The notes under the pieces are model-generated. The model did no database searches, was not told the origin of the DNA, and saw only the letters and a program-made list of their open reading frames with translations. 64,000 bases of DNA from Lingula anatina (lineage: Eukaryota > Animalia > Brachiopoda), in NCBI GenBank assembly GCA_051362555.1, contig CM120649.1, positions 8,432,001 through 8,496,000 on the forward strand, in the 5' to 3' direction. The position numbers were made by a program, and so were the translations under genes. How positions within the stretch are numbered: position 1 is the stretch's first letter; the number at the start of each line of letters is the position of its first letter. This document shows, piece after piece, positions 1 through 9,711 of this stretch.

Positions 1-1089
1 AATCCAAATATAGAAATTACAGCACTAAAATAAGACTTTCTTTAAAGTTTAAGGACATTTATCATAAAAAATTTTTATAAGGTGAGTCTAAAGCTGGCAT
101 AATTACTTTCAGATCTTATATGAAAAGGCTGTTTGTTCCACAATTTTGGTGCACTCACTTTTTGCCATTACCCTAACCTAACCTGTGTTGTTTGCCTCAG
201 TGAAGGTATTTTAATAGAACATTTAGTGTTATACAGGGAAACGTGCTGTGACGGTCACTGCGGATATCACCCTACCGAAATAAAACCTTTAAGTGAATTT
301 GAATAAAATAATGTGCCCATCAATAAATAAGCGTATTTTTACACGTGCACATGGAGATGATTGTCATAAAAGGTACTTGAAGCAGACAGGACGCATTAAC
401 GCTGGAACGATGGATATCCTTAAAAAACATGTCCAACTATCGGTTTACACATCAACACATACAAATTGAGATTTTGTTATCTGCTAATGAGCTTTGAAAA
501 TGAGCCCTTTTCGCTACTAGGCCTGGAAGTTATAGCTACGCTACGATGCCGTTCCATAGGAGAGGTGACCTTTGTGTTGAGTACCCTCTAGCAGGGTGGC
601 AGATATTATAGCCACATTTTCCTCATTTCCAGAAATGTCGGAAATGTGCCTTTAATATCTGCCACCATGTTAGAGAGAACAGCCTGGGCTGCCATCAACT
701 ACGCGGATGTAGATGCCCCTTCTCTCCGTATGTCTCTTGTCAAAGAAAATAGGTCATCTTTTGACAAAATTTTCCGTGGTATAGACCTTACATTTCCCCT
801 TTCCACCTAGTGCATAGTTACTCAACGAGGCATGTAGGCAAGCGCAACGATTAATCGGTCATTAGTCGGTCTCAGCGTGAATGTGACGATTTTCACTGAA
901 TAAGTGAATGTGTTTGGGGAGAGATGGTTCGGTCGCAATCGTACGTTGTGTCACGCTTGTCATTTACCAGTAAACTGATAATGGCAGACTGCAGACAGCT
1001 TATGGCCAATAGTTGAAATAATCAAACCGAAGAAACAAGCCGTTGACAGGGAAATAGGCCTACTATTACTTACATCGATTTACCCTTAT

Positions 1090-1250
1090 CAGGGGCGGAT
1101 TGAGACCGTCTTCTGGATCTTTCGGAAAACGGTCAGATTTTCAAGTTTACATTGACATGTATCCATTTTTAAGTCCCTTTTTTAAATGGAAGATGGATAA
1201 ACAAAGATAGTTTGGAAGACTGTCAGAAAATATCTCTAGATCCGCCCTTG
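1090..1250. mobile_element. MITE, CAGGGGCGGAT-TIR family, copy 1
   Basis: TIR CAGGGGCGGAT/ATCCGCCCTTG with 5-bp direct repeat CTTAT on both flanks. Interior is the reverse complement of 40007-40173. Confidence 0.75.
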
Positions 1251-1823
1251 CTTATAAGTCAAACTGCCGCCGCCCACTGCCATCGTCCGCCAATCAAAGT
1301 AAACTGCCGGAGAACTGGCTACCAGTAGATATGATATATTTCTCACACATTATCATTTTAAATATTTAGATGTGAGCAATATATACCAGTAAGTAAGTAT
1401 ATATTGCTCACATGTAATCTTTTCAAATATCTAAATCTTTTTAAATTTATGACAATAATGCTCATCAATTACAAAGCTCGGTTACACCAGTACTACGGCA
1501 ACATTTGCCTATTTTATCTTTTATTTGCACTGTGTAAAAACGACACATCTTAAGAATGCATTTTGTTTTTAATTTTAGCACTTTTTGATAGTTTATGTAC
1601 ATCAACGCATTTCCCCTGAATGGAGCCACAAAGAATAAATGACACATACCTATTATAGGTTTGATATTCTAATAAAGTTCCACGATGGGAATTCAAAACC
1701 TTTACCTAGAACAAAAACATTGGAGATATAGTCAAGAAATTTCTTGATGCTATAGATAGGTGTTTACGCTCGGGGCTTCATGTAAAAACTACTTTGAAAA
1801 AAGGCAAAGGTGAACTAAGACGT

Positions 1824-2351
1824 TCAAAATTTAAGATCGGTGGGTACTTGACACCCCTTAAATCTTTTCTGTCCAGGCGGAAAGAACCAGGCGAAAAGAC
1901 TCTTTTTCGTATACACTTGAGATTTTGTGGGCGTCTCGTGCATTTTCTTACAGAAATCACACCATTTGACATAGGGTCCATCCATGCGCCTGGTAGTCAT
2001 GTAGTGGTTCCTCCACTCCAGGTAAGGGACATACAGGGAGTCGTCATTATTCAGGCGGTGCAGGTACGCGGCCAGGGCTTTCGGGGACGGGTAATCTGCG
2101 GTGTTGATGTGCCAGTGGGGATCGATCCCAAGATTTGCATAATTAGCCCCGCCCCTAGTAACAAGAACAACGTCCATATTGACCGAACGGAAGAACTTTT
2201 CGGTGACGTAGTCTTCCGCAAGGCTGTTTTCAAAGGCCAGATAAAACTTGTGTGTTTCGTTGATGTATCTAAAACATCCAGTCGGACATTTCTTGCCACA
2301 CTTTCCCAAAATTTCAACGTCAATGTATTTCTGCAGCTCTCTGACATATAC
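1824..2351 (-). CDS. GT10 alpha-1,3/4-fucosyltransferase paralogue 1, coding exon 2 (spliced protein about 479 aa)
   Basis: TTTTGCAG|GTA acceptor. The spliced junction HRE|VYVRELQK aligns with KRELYVKELQK of the neighbouring paralogue. Contains the GT10 motif KFYLAFENSLAEDYVTEKF and DYPSPKALAAYL...YLEWR. Confidence 0.9.
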   Translation of the reverse strand, partial: VYVRELQKYIDVEILGKCGKKCPTGCFRYINETHKFYLAFENSLAEDYVTEKFFRSVNMDVVLVTRGGANYANLGIDPHWHINTADYPSPKALAAYLHRLNNDDSLYVPYLEWRNHYMTTRRMDGPYVKWCDFCKKMHETPTKSQVYTKKSLFAWFFPPGQKRFKGCQVPTDLKF

Positions 2352-2870
2352 CTGCAAAAGCATTAATAATATAAGTGTCATATGGTACAAACAATGGCGG
2401 AACAGTGGTTTCTCATATTGGCGAAATTTTAAACTTATCAATTAGTAAACTAACTGAAAGCGTGCCTGTAAAAGCTCTACAGATTTTTGTAGATATTGAG
2501 AAGCTTCAAATTTTCTCAATATGTGTAATAGCAGTATACACAGGTCAATTTCCATCAGAATAAGCAGTGGTATGTTAATGCTATTCATTTCAATAAATAT
2601 ATTCGGTTCGTGTATATGTTCAGTTTTTGGTTAACCTCTATCTGCACTGATGATTAATTTCTTTCGTTCTGTTGGACGTCACTGAATATTAAAAAGGACA
2701 TAAGGACTAGGCGGTCAGATCATGCAGTATTCCTCCCACTTCCCCATATTTGCCAATTCACAGTGATAAATATAACGGTTTTTAAAATATATTTTTCTTA
2801 AATAATTGCTGTTCTATACATTAGTTAACTTAATTTATTCTCTTGACCCTTAAATAAAACAAATATATCC

Positions 2871-2933
2871 TGTGTGTGTGTGTGTGTGTGTGTTCGTTCA
2901 AGCGTGCGTGCGTGCGTGCGCGTGTGTGTGTGT
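2871..2933 (+). repeat. Compound (TG)n/(GCGT)n microsatellite in the fucosyltransferase intron
   Basis: Direct inspection. Confidence 0.9.
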
Positions 2934-2949
2934 TTCATCATAGACCCAC

Positions 2950-3861
2950 CTCTCTATGACTCGGAGTGTCACAGTGGCTCACCAACCACCCCACAGGTGG
3001 TCTTTTTTTCTTGTTTTTTGCCCGAGTTATGGATAAATAATCTCTGTTCAATGGCACCTTTCTTTTTACGATCTCCCCATTCGGCGTGAAAATGTCAGAG
3101 TCTTTTCTGTGCGTGAAAGTCCAGTTAATATTGTTAAGTAAAAATTCTTTGTTCCTGTTGCCTTTGAGGCCCATTTGGCAAGGGGCCTCTAATGTATGAA
3201 ATACCCAGACTTGGTGAGCGGGCTTTCGTAGAGGGAGGTCGCAGTCAGGCTCTGGGCCCTCGCACATGTGGCTGAAGTTGATGGTGGACACGGTAAAGAC
3301 GACAGCGTCCGCGGTGCTGGCCTGTGTTCTATCTGTGACGACCTTGCACTCAGAGACTGGGCAGTCTTTGAATATTGGTTCTCTGTCCTTGCTGTACAGG
3401 TAATCATAATCGTTCCATAGCAGTATTGTCTTGGTCCGCCGTGCTGTTGACTGATCTTTTTCGAGATGTTGTTTGGCTGGTTTGGCGCCTTTTTCTTCAT
3501 TGCGGAGTCCTACTGGAGGTGGAATAGTTAAAAGTTTCATCGAGTAATCATAATTAGCAACTGGCTCTGCAGGTTCCTCAGCTTTTTTGTGAAGTGATGG
3601 AGGCAATTTCTGCACTTGCTTCTTTGGAGCTGAGTGCACTGGTGGTTGTTCTTTACCAGGCGTTTTACTGTTAATCTCTTTCATCTTTGTAAGTGTGGAG
3701 ACTTTCTTTGTGGGCGGCGGCGCAGCATCTTTCTTCAACCTCGACAACAGAGAGATCTCATCTTCTCCAAATTCTAGTTTGAGGAATATCAAGTTCCACC
3801 AAGCCAAAACAAAGAGCAGAAGACCAAAGCCAAATAATCGCTCGTGCCTTGTAAGTGCCAT
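2950..3861 (-). CDS. GT10 alpha-1,3/4-fucosyltransferase paralogue 1, coding exon 1
   Basis: ATG at 3861 (MALTRHERL) is followed by a type II TM segment, a long Pro/Lys-rich stem and the GT10 N-terminal domain (KTILLWN, CPVSEC, WVFHTLEAP, NWTFTHRKDSD, VGWLVSHC). Ends HRE at a GAG|GTGGGT donor, phase 0. Confidence 0.88.
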
Positions 3862-4437
3862 GTTGGAAACTAACCTTGTGTGAGATAACAGATGCGCAGG
3901 AAAGCGGGACAAGAGCTGTGTAGAAGTCTCATCAAAAATTAACCACTTGATATAAACGCGGAGTGAGATACCACCATGGAAATGCCTAGCATTTAAACCA
4001 AACCACCTCATCAGCTGGAACCTGAGTTTTAATATTAAATAGATTTCTTTGTGATTGGTTTTGGCGGCCATATGAAAATTGTCAACACCTTTCATAGGGT
4101 GGGAACTTTTAATGGTTATATCGCCAACATGACAATGAATCATACATCATACTGTTTGGGAAAAACTAGGCTAAAATGCTGAGTGAGGATAGTGTGACTG
4201 GTAAAACTTACTCATAATTAATCAAACAGATTCAGAAAATTGAACGAGTTCTAATATTAATTTAGAAAGCTGAATCAAAGGAACCAAAGCACAATAATTA
4301 TGTATTTAAACGAACAACACAACACTCTTCATCAAAATTCAAATTATTTATGTTTGAAGCTTTAAAACTGTAAAATAAAAAGTTCAAATACAAGGCTCAT
4401 TATTGTAAGAAATTACAAAGAAATTCGGTCCAAACAA

Positions 4438-5412
4438 CACTGAGAATAAAATCGGAGTCCAAGTGACTCCAAACTTGGAGTCCAGCAGTGGTGCCTAAAA
4501 TAACTCCCAATTGGAGTCAAGTTGACTCCGATGGAGTAACGCCATCCAGACCCCACAGGAGGGTCACAATCGACTCCATTCATAGATCCCTTCATCCCTT
4601 GATTTATCGCTGCAAAAGAATCACCATGACCCCATATTAAGGAATTTTTGACTCCTTGGCACATTATGAAAAACAACAACAACAACAACAACAGTGCCAA
4701 GCGGGGAGACAGAAGGTACCATTAATAAAGACTGGTATGTCCCCGGACAGGTTAGAATCCACGTCGTCCCGCCCCGGTGACGGACACCCTAACCACAAGG
4801 CCATACGGACGCATATGATGTTTAAACAGCAATAACAAACAGTTTGTAAATCTGGTAATAAACAGCATGACATAAATACACCACAAATATACCAATGAGT
4901 GAGCATACCTCCCCAATGACATGCATTGGCGGGTCAAGCCTACAACCTGAAAACAAAACCTACTGACCTGTATACGAACATATCACATAAAGGCTGTGGG
5001 CAACTGAAATCCCGGGCCAGTAATAAGTGCACGAGTTCTGCATGCAGAAACACACAGAAAACCAATAAAGTAATGTTTATACTGACAAAATATGATGAAA
5101 ACTGTTTTCTCCACGCCGTCTGCTCACTGCCATCATAAGTACTGAAACGAAGCTTACTGTCCAGCGAGCGAAAAGGGTCGGTGAAAGGGGTCAGCCAGAC
5201 ACTGGCCCCCGGTAATTTGACTCTGATTTTAGAGTCAGATTGACTCCATGAGAGCCAGGGGTGATTGACTCTGATAAGAGAGTCTAAAGACTCTTAAAGA
5301 CTCTGGTAGTGGGGTAATTTGATCTTATATAGGAGTCAAATTAACTCCATGAGGGTCAAGGGGTGCTGGACTCTGACGAGAGAGTCAAATGACTCCAATT
5401 TTATTCTCAGTG
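4438..5412. mobile_element. Non-autonomous CACTA/EnSpm (CMC)-like DNA transposon, 975 bp
   Basis: 22-bp TIR CACTGAGAATAAAATYGGAGTC (21/22 match), AA dinucleotide on both flanks (2-bp TSD), many subterminal GAGTC/GACTC repeats, no transposase. Confidence 0.75.
4672..4812 (-). mobile_element. tRNA-derived SINE fragment (Meta/RUDI-like) nested in the CACTA element
   Basis: Minus strand shows A-box-like TGGCCTTGTGG and B-box-like GGATTCTAACC, then ATACCAGTC...GGTACCTTCTGTCTCCCCGCTTGGCAC and a (GTT)n tail. Similar to 27245-27400. Confidence 0.6.
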
Positions 5413-5897
5413 AAGGGAAACTGGCGGAGAAACAAAGTTTGTTTACAGTAAATGAAAAATACAAAGATATCAATGATCTTGAGGGAAAACATGAGCAAGA
5501 CCGATATCAGTGTTCGTTTTCAGGCATATATTAACATCCAATAATGCCTCTACTCTTTATCTTGAATGCCGCCGATAAAACCACAACCTACATGTATTAA
5601 TTTAATAGTGCATCAAAAAGCACATTTCATTCTTATTTTCGTCTCTTTTTTAGACAAGTGTATTTATTTTCAAACATAAAACCAAATTTTGATTTATAAT
5701 TACAAATTTTATTTATGACTTTCCCAATTAACAGGCAAAAATGAAGTCCCTGGAAAACGGTACATTATTGTCTACAAAACAGAAATAAAGTCTATCATCA
5801 GATAGATACTAAAGTAATAATTCATTTGGCCACACTTGGTGCCAAACGTTTGTTGCGGAGGCAGAAATCTGTTCCTGTATTGGAGGCAGCCGAGGCA

Positions 5898-7100
5898 TTA
5901 GGCCCCGGGAAAGTCTGAGGGTATTTTACAACCCCGGAACCTGTCAGCTCCTGGAGGGTAGTACCAGTCGATAATCTCTTGGCGGGAATACACTTGTGAT
6001 CGCCTAGGACTCTCGTGCATCTTGGCGCACAAATCACACCAGCTGACGTACGGCTTGTCCAACCCTCGGCTGCTGACGTAATGGTTCCGCCATTCTAGGT
6101 ACGGAACATACTTGGAGTCGTCCTTGTCCAGGGCCAGCAGGTACTCGGCCAGTGCTTGGGGGGATGGGAAGTCTGCGGTATTAATGTGCCAGTTGGGGAG
6201 GATCCCCAACTCTGTATAGTTTACGCCACTACGAGATATTAATACCACGTCAAGATTGACTGTCCGGTAAAACTTTTCTGTGATATACCCTTCCGCTAGA
6301 CTGTTCTCAAACGCTAGGTAAAATTTAAATGTGTTATTAACGTATTCTAAACACTTATATGGACACGGTTTGCCGCATTTGCCTATAATTTCTACGTCTA
6401 CATATTTCTGTAGTTCCTTAACATACAGTTCTCTCTTGCTTGGCGTCTCGCAGTGGCTTACAAGCCAGCCGACAAGTTTCTTTTTCTTACGCGCCACCTC
6501 ATAGAAGTCCCTTTGCAGGGGTACCTCCCGTTTCTCTATCACACCAAGAGGTGAGTACACGTCCGAGTCCTTCCTGTGGGTGAAAGTCCAGTTGAACGAG
6601 TTGGACAACATGTCTTTGTTCTTGTGCGCTTTAAAGAACACCTGACAGGGGGCCTCCAGGGTGTGGAAGATCCAGACCTGGTGCGGGGGCTTCTCTTGAG
6701 GGATTTCACAATCGGGAGACTCGCCTTGGCACTCCTTGGCGAAATTATTGGTGGCGATGTTAAACACAATGGCGTCCATGTCTTTAGCGCGTGTCCTGTC
6801 AGTGACAATCTGGCAGGCACTCACGGCACACCCCTGAAACACCGGCTCATATTTTTCTTGGTAAATGAAGGCATAGTCATTCCACAAGAGGATGGTTTTG
6901 GTTTTGGCATCTTTCTGATCCAAGTCTTCCGCGACCACGTGCTGATTCCCGCCGTCCATGATAGCGCGTTGGGGTGACACGAGGCCGTCCGCGTCGATCT
7001 CCGTGGACAGGGGAAGGTCGGGCTTAGAGTCCAGATAGTGCCACCAGCATAGGGTCAGTAACACCACCACCGCGAGCAGGATCTTGTCGTTCCTTCTCAT
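5898..7100 (-). CDS. GT10 alpha-1,3/4-fucosyltransferase paralogue 2, intronless CDS, 400 aa
   Basis: Complete ORF with an N-terminal signal anchor and GT10 motifs VGWLVSHC..R..YV.EL, KFYLAFENSLAEGYITEKF and DFPSPQALAEYL. Colinear with paralogue 1. Confidence 0.93.
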   Translation of the reverse strand: MRRNDKILLAVVVLLTLCWWHYLDSKPDLPLSTEIDADGLVSPQRAIMDGGNQHVVAEDLDQKDAKTKTILLWNDYAFIYQEKYEPVFQGCAVSACQIVTDRTRAKDMDAIVFNIATNNFAKECQGESPDCEIPQEKPPHQVWIFHTLEAPCQVFFKAHKNKDMLSNSFNWTFTHRKDSDVYSPLGVIEKREVPLQRDFYEVARKKKKLVGWLVSHCETPSKRELYVKELQKYVDVEIIGKCGKPCPYKCLEYVNNTFKFYLAFENSLAEGYITEKFYRTVNLDVVLISRSGVNYTELGILPNWHINTADFPSPQALAEYLLALDKDDSKYVPYLEWRNHYVSSRGLDKPYVSWCDLCAKMHESPRRSQVYSRQEIIDWYYPPGADRFRGCKIPSDFPGA

Positions 7101-9254
7101 TGTTCTGAACTCGTTCAGTGTTCACGTCAGTGTCAAGGATTATATATTGTATATAATTCATATTATCAGGGCTGCTGTATCATATCACTCGCTGAGACTT
7201 CTTACTCTATCGGATTGGTCGCTTTCACATAAAGTGGAAGGAGTGCTTTTCTTTTGTGTAAACGATGTGCGTCTGATTACTAAAATTAATGTTATACAAG
7301 GAATCCATTCAAATAATAAACACTAACAGCAAAAACTTCTCAATGCACTGTATATAGCTGAGTGGTGTGTACGTGTTTAGCATGTCTATATGATTTCTGT
7401 GTGTAGGAAAAATATTGAAAATAGTCAATAATGTATGAGTGACAGGGCTGCTACAGGATTGTGGAAATTGTAAAGACACCGTGGTATGAATTATGGATCA
7501 AAGTCATATTGATAACTTTGAACTATTTCTACAAGAATACTACTGTAATGTGCCCGGATTCAAATTTACAAACCGACACACATTTTTACTGAAAGGAATT
7601 TCTTTATCTATGAATACACATCTTTCTAAAAATAAAAAAGAGTTATGATCTGTCAAGAAATGTGGTAAAAACCGCTTATTGCAATAAGAAAAACGAAGTA
7701 TTTATGAAAACAATAAAACGCTGCTTTTTATGATCACACCGCCAAAGAGGTCCTACTCTAAAGCTTTATGTTGCAGCAGATGTCACCGTGCTTGTCTCAA
7801 CCTATTGTGACCGTCACTAGAAATATTCACTGAAATGCGTTAGCAAAGATTGTTCAAATAATGTAATCACGATTCGGTTAAAGAATTTGGGCAAACCTTT
7901 GTGAAATTGAATGAAAAGATAAGATCGATAAATAGATTGGTGAAATAGTCAAAATAGCCGTTGGGACGCGTCAACAATTGCCGTGAGAAGTAACTGCTTG
8001 GGGTCGCAGAATGCTAGCCATAAAATGATATGCGGATGTGCGTTTGTGCGTGCAGCGCCAATCTGGGCTTTGTGTATCGAACTCATACATGCTCGATCTT
8101 GAATTAATTTTTTAACATTTTTTTTCATCCTGAATTTGTACACTTTAAATTGTTTCATTTTTCATTTAGCCTATTTTAAGTCAATTCAATTTGAGATTCT
8201 TTAAATATTATTGAATAATTGAATAGCATATTCATTAATTTGTGCATTTATAAAATAACTTACAAAATGAAGAAAAAAATTAATGTATTGGTTCATATAT
8301 TTGTCATCATACACTTTAAATCGGTATTTTAATTCATTTTATTTCTTCATATTTACAATCACTTTATTTGTTTTTAATTCGTGACAGCAAAAGGACAAAT
8401 GTGAAATTAATGTGCAATGTATGAAGTCGGTTGGATAGAGAATGAACGGATGCGCACGCTTACACACACGCACACATACACACACGCACACATACACACA
8501 CGCACAGTGGGAGAGAGAGAGGGTACATATATGTATCATTTAATCGGCGGCTGCGTTGCGCCGCTAGGCACGTGCCATTCTGATGTATTTATCATGAGCA
8601 GGTCATAGCTATCTTTTTGATGCTCAAATGTCAACTTTAATTTGTGATAATAAGTTGATATGTTCTACAATAAGCAATGCTCCGGTTGAAAAAATAAATG
8701 AATAATATATAAAATAAAATGAAATACGAAATAAATAAATAAAATGCGTGTATTCGCAATTCGCCTCTCTCCCACAGCGCAAGAAGAAAAGCAGTCCATT
8801 TTTGGACCTGACCCTTTTGGAAAATTTGAGCATTCAAATCACAGGCTGCATATACCGCGGCCTGCATTGCCTATTGTCAGCCTGTTTGTTGACAATTAAT
8901 TTGTCGCTAGATGGCAGGGCGAGGCTGCCAGAATGAACAAGGGAGACGAAAGTACACCTGTAAACTCTTCATCCAGAAATAACAGCCGAAGTTACAACTT
9001 CTGCTGGTTTGAATTGTCTGAAATCTTTAGTGTGCTCTCCGTTATTTTAAATTATAAAAAATTAACTGTGTTAACAGCGTGGCAATTGACTACAATTGTT
9101 CCGATAGATTCTACAGGTAGATGACCCAACACCCCTCCTTTGAATTACAATTGGTTGCGTCCTTGCACTCAATGAAAATTGGGTCACGGTAGGCATGCAA
9201 TACTATTGATTGTAAGGGCGACACCCAAACTCCGTCTTAATCATGCTGCAATAG

Positions 9255-9383
9255 GAACCTGTCACCGGCCAATACTAACGTCAATCAACGTAACCGGACT
9301 GTGGGGACCAACTCCCTGAACTTCTGTATTTGTTTTTACGTCGTGTTTTCTTTAAGTTTGCCGACCTGAGAGAGGAGGTGGAG
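9255..9383 (+). promoter_or_regulatory. Probable filamin proximal promoter/5' UTR
   Basis: CpG-retaining segment with GGCCAAT (CCAAT box) and ACGTCA (CRE half-site) about 100 bp upstream of the ATG. Motif presence only. Confidence 0.35.
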
Positions 9384-9711
9384 ATGGCTGATATTGGAGA
9401 GAAGGCGCGCTCTGCCGAGGGGCACGCTGCAGTTGGGGGGATGGGGGGCCATGATGACAGGTGGATTGTTATCCAAAAAACGACGTTTACAAACTGGGTG
9501 AACGAACAACTTCAAGCCCGGGAATTATCTGTCAGCGACTTGAAGACCGATCTCGGCGATGGAGTTAAACTGGGAAACTTGGTGGAAATTATTCAGTCGC
9601 GAAAAATTGGAAGGATCGTGAAGAAGCCATTGAATCAACACCACTACATACAGAATGTAACGCTGGCTTTGAATGCCGTCAGTGAAGATGGCGTTAAGTT
9701 GGTTAATATCG
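9384..9711 (+). CDS. jbug: filamin exon 1 (CH1 N-half)
   Basis: MADIGEK...IQKTTFTNWVNEQL...VKLVNI; donor G|GTAAGT, phase 1. Confidence 0.9.

Noticed and set aside
170-185. CCCTAACCTAACCT telomere-like motif
   Set aside because: Under three units; too short to call an interstitial telomere.
1794-2366. 190-aa plus-strand ORF (also 6576-6977 and 9525-9836)
   Set aside because: Antisense shadows of real coding exons.
3862-4143. 94-aa N-terminal extension of the 401-aa ORF
   Set aside because: The Met at 3861 gives a normal short cytoplasmic tail before the TM segment, matching the paralogue; the extension has no recognisable features.
4740-4812. Possible tRNA gene
   Set aside because: A/B boxes are present but I could not fold a convincing cloverleaf, and it continues into a SINE-like body shared with 27245.
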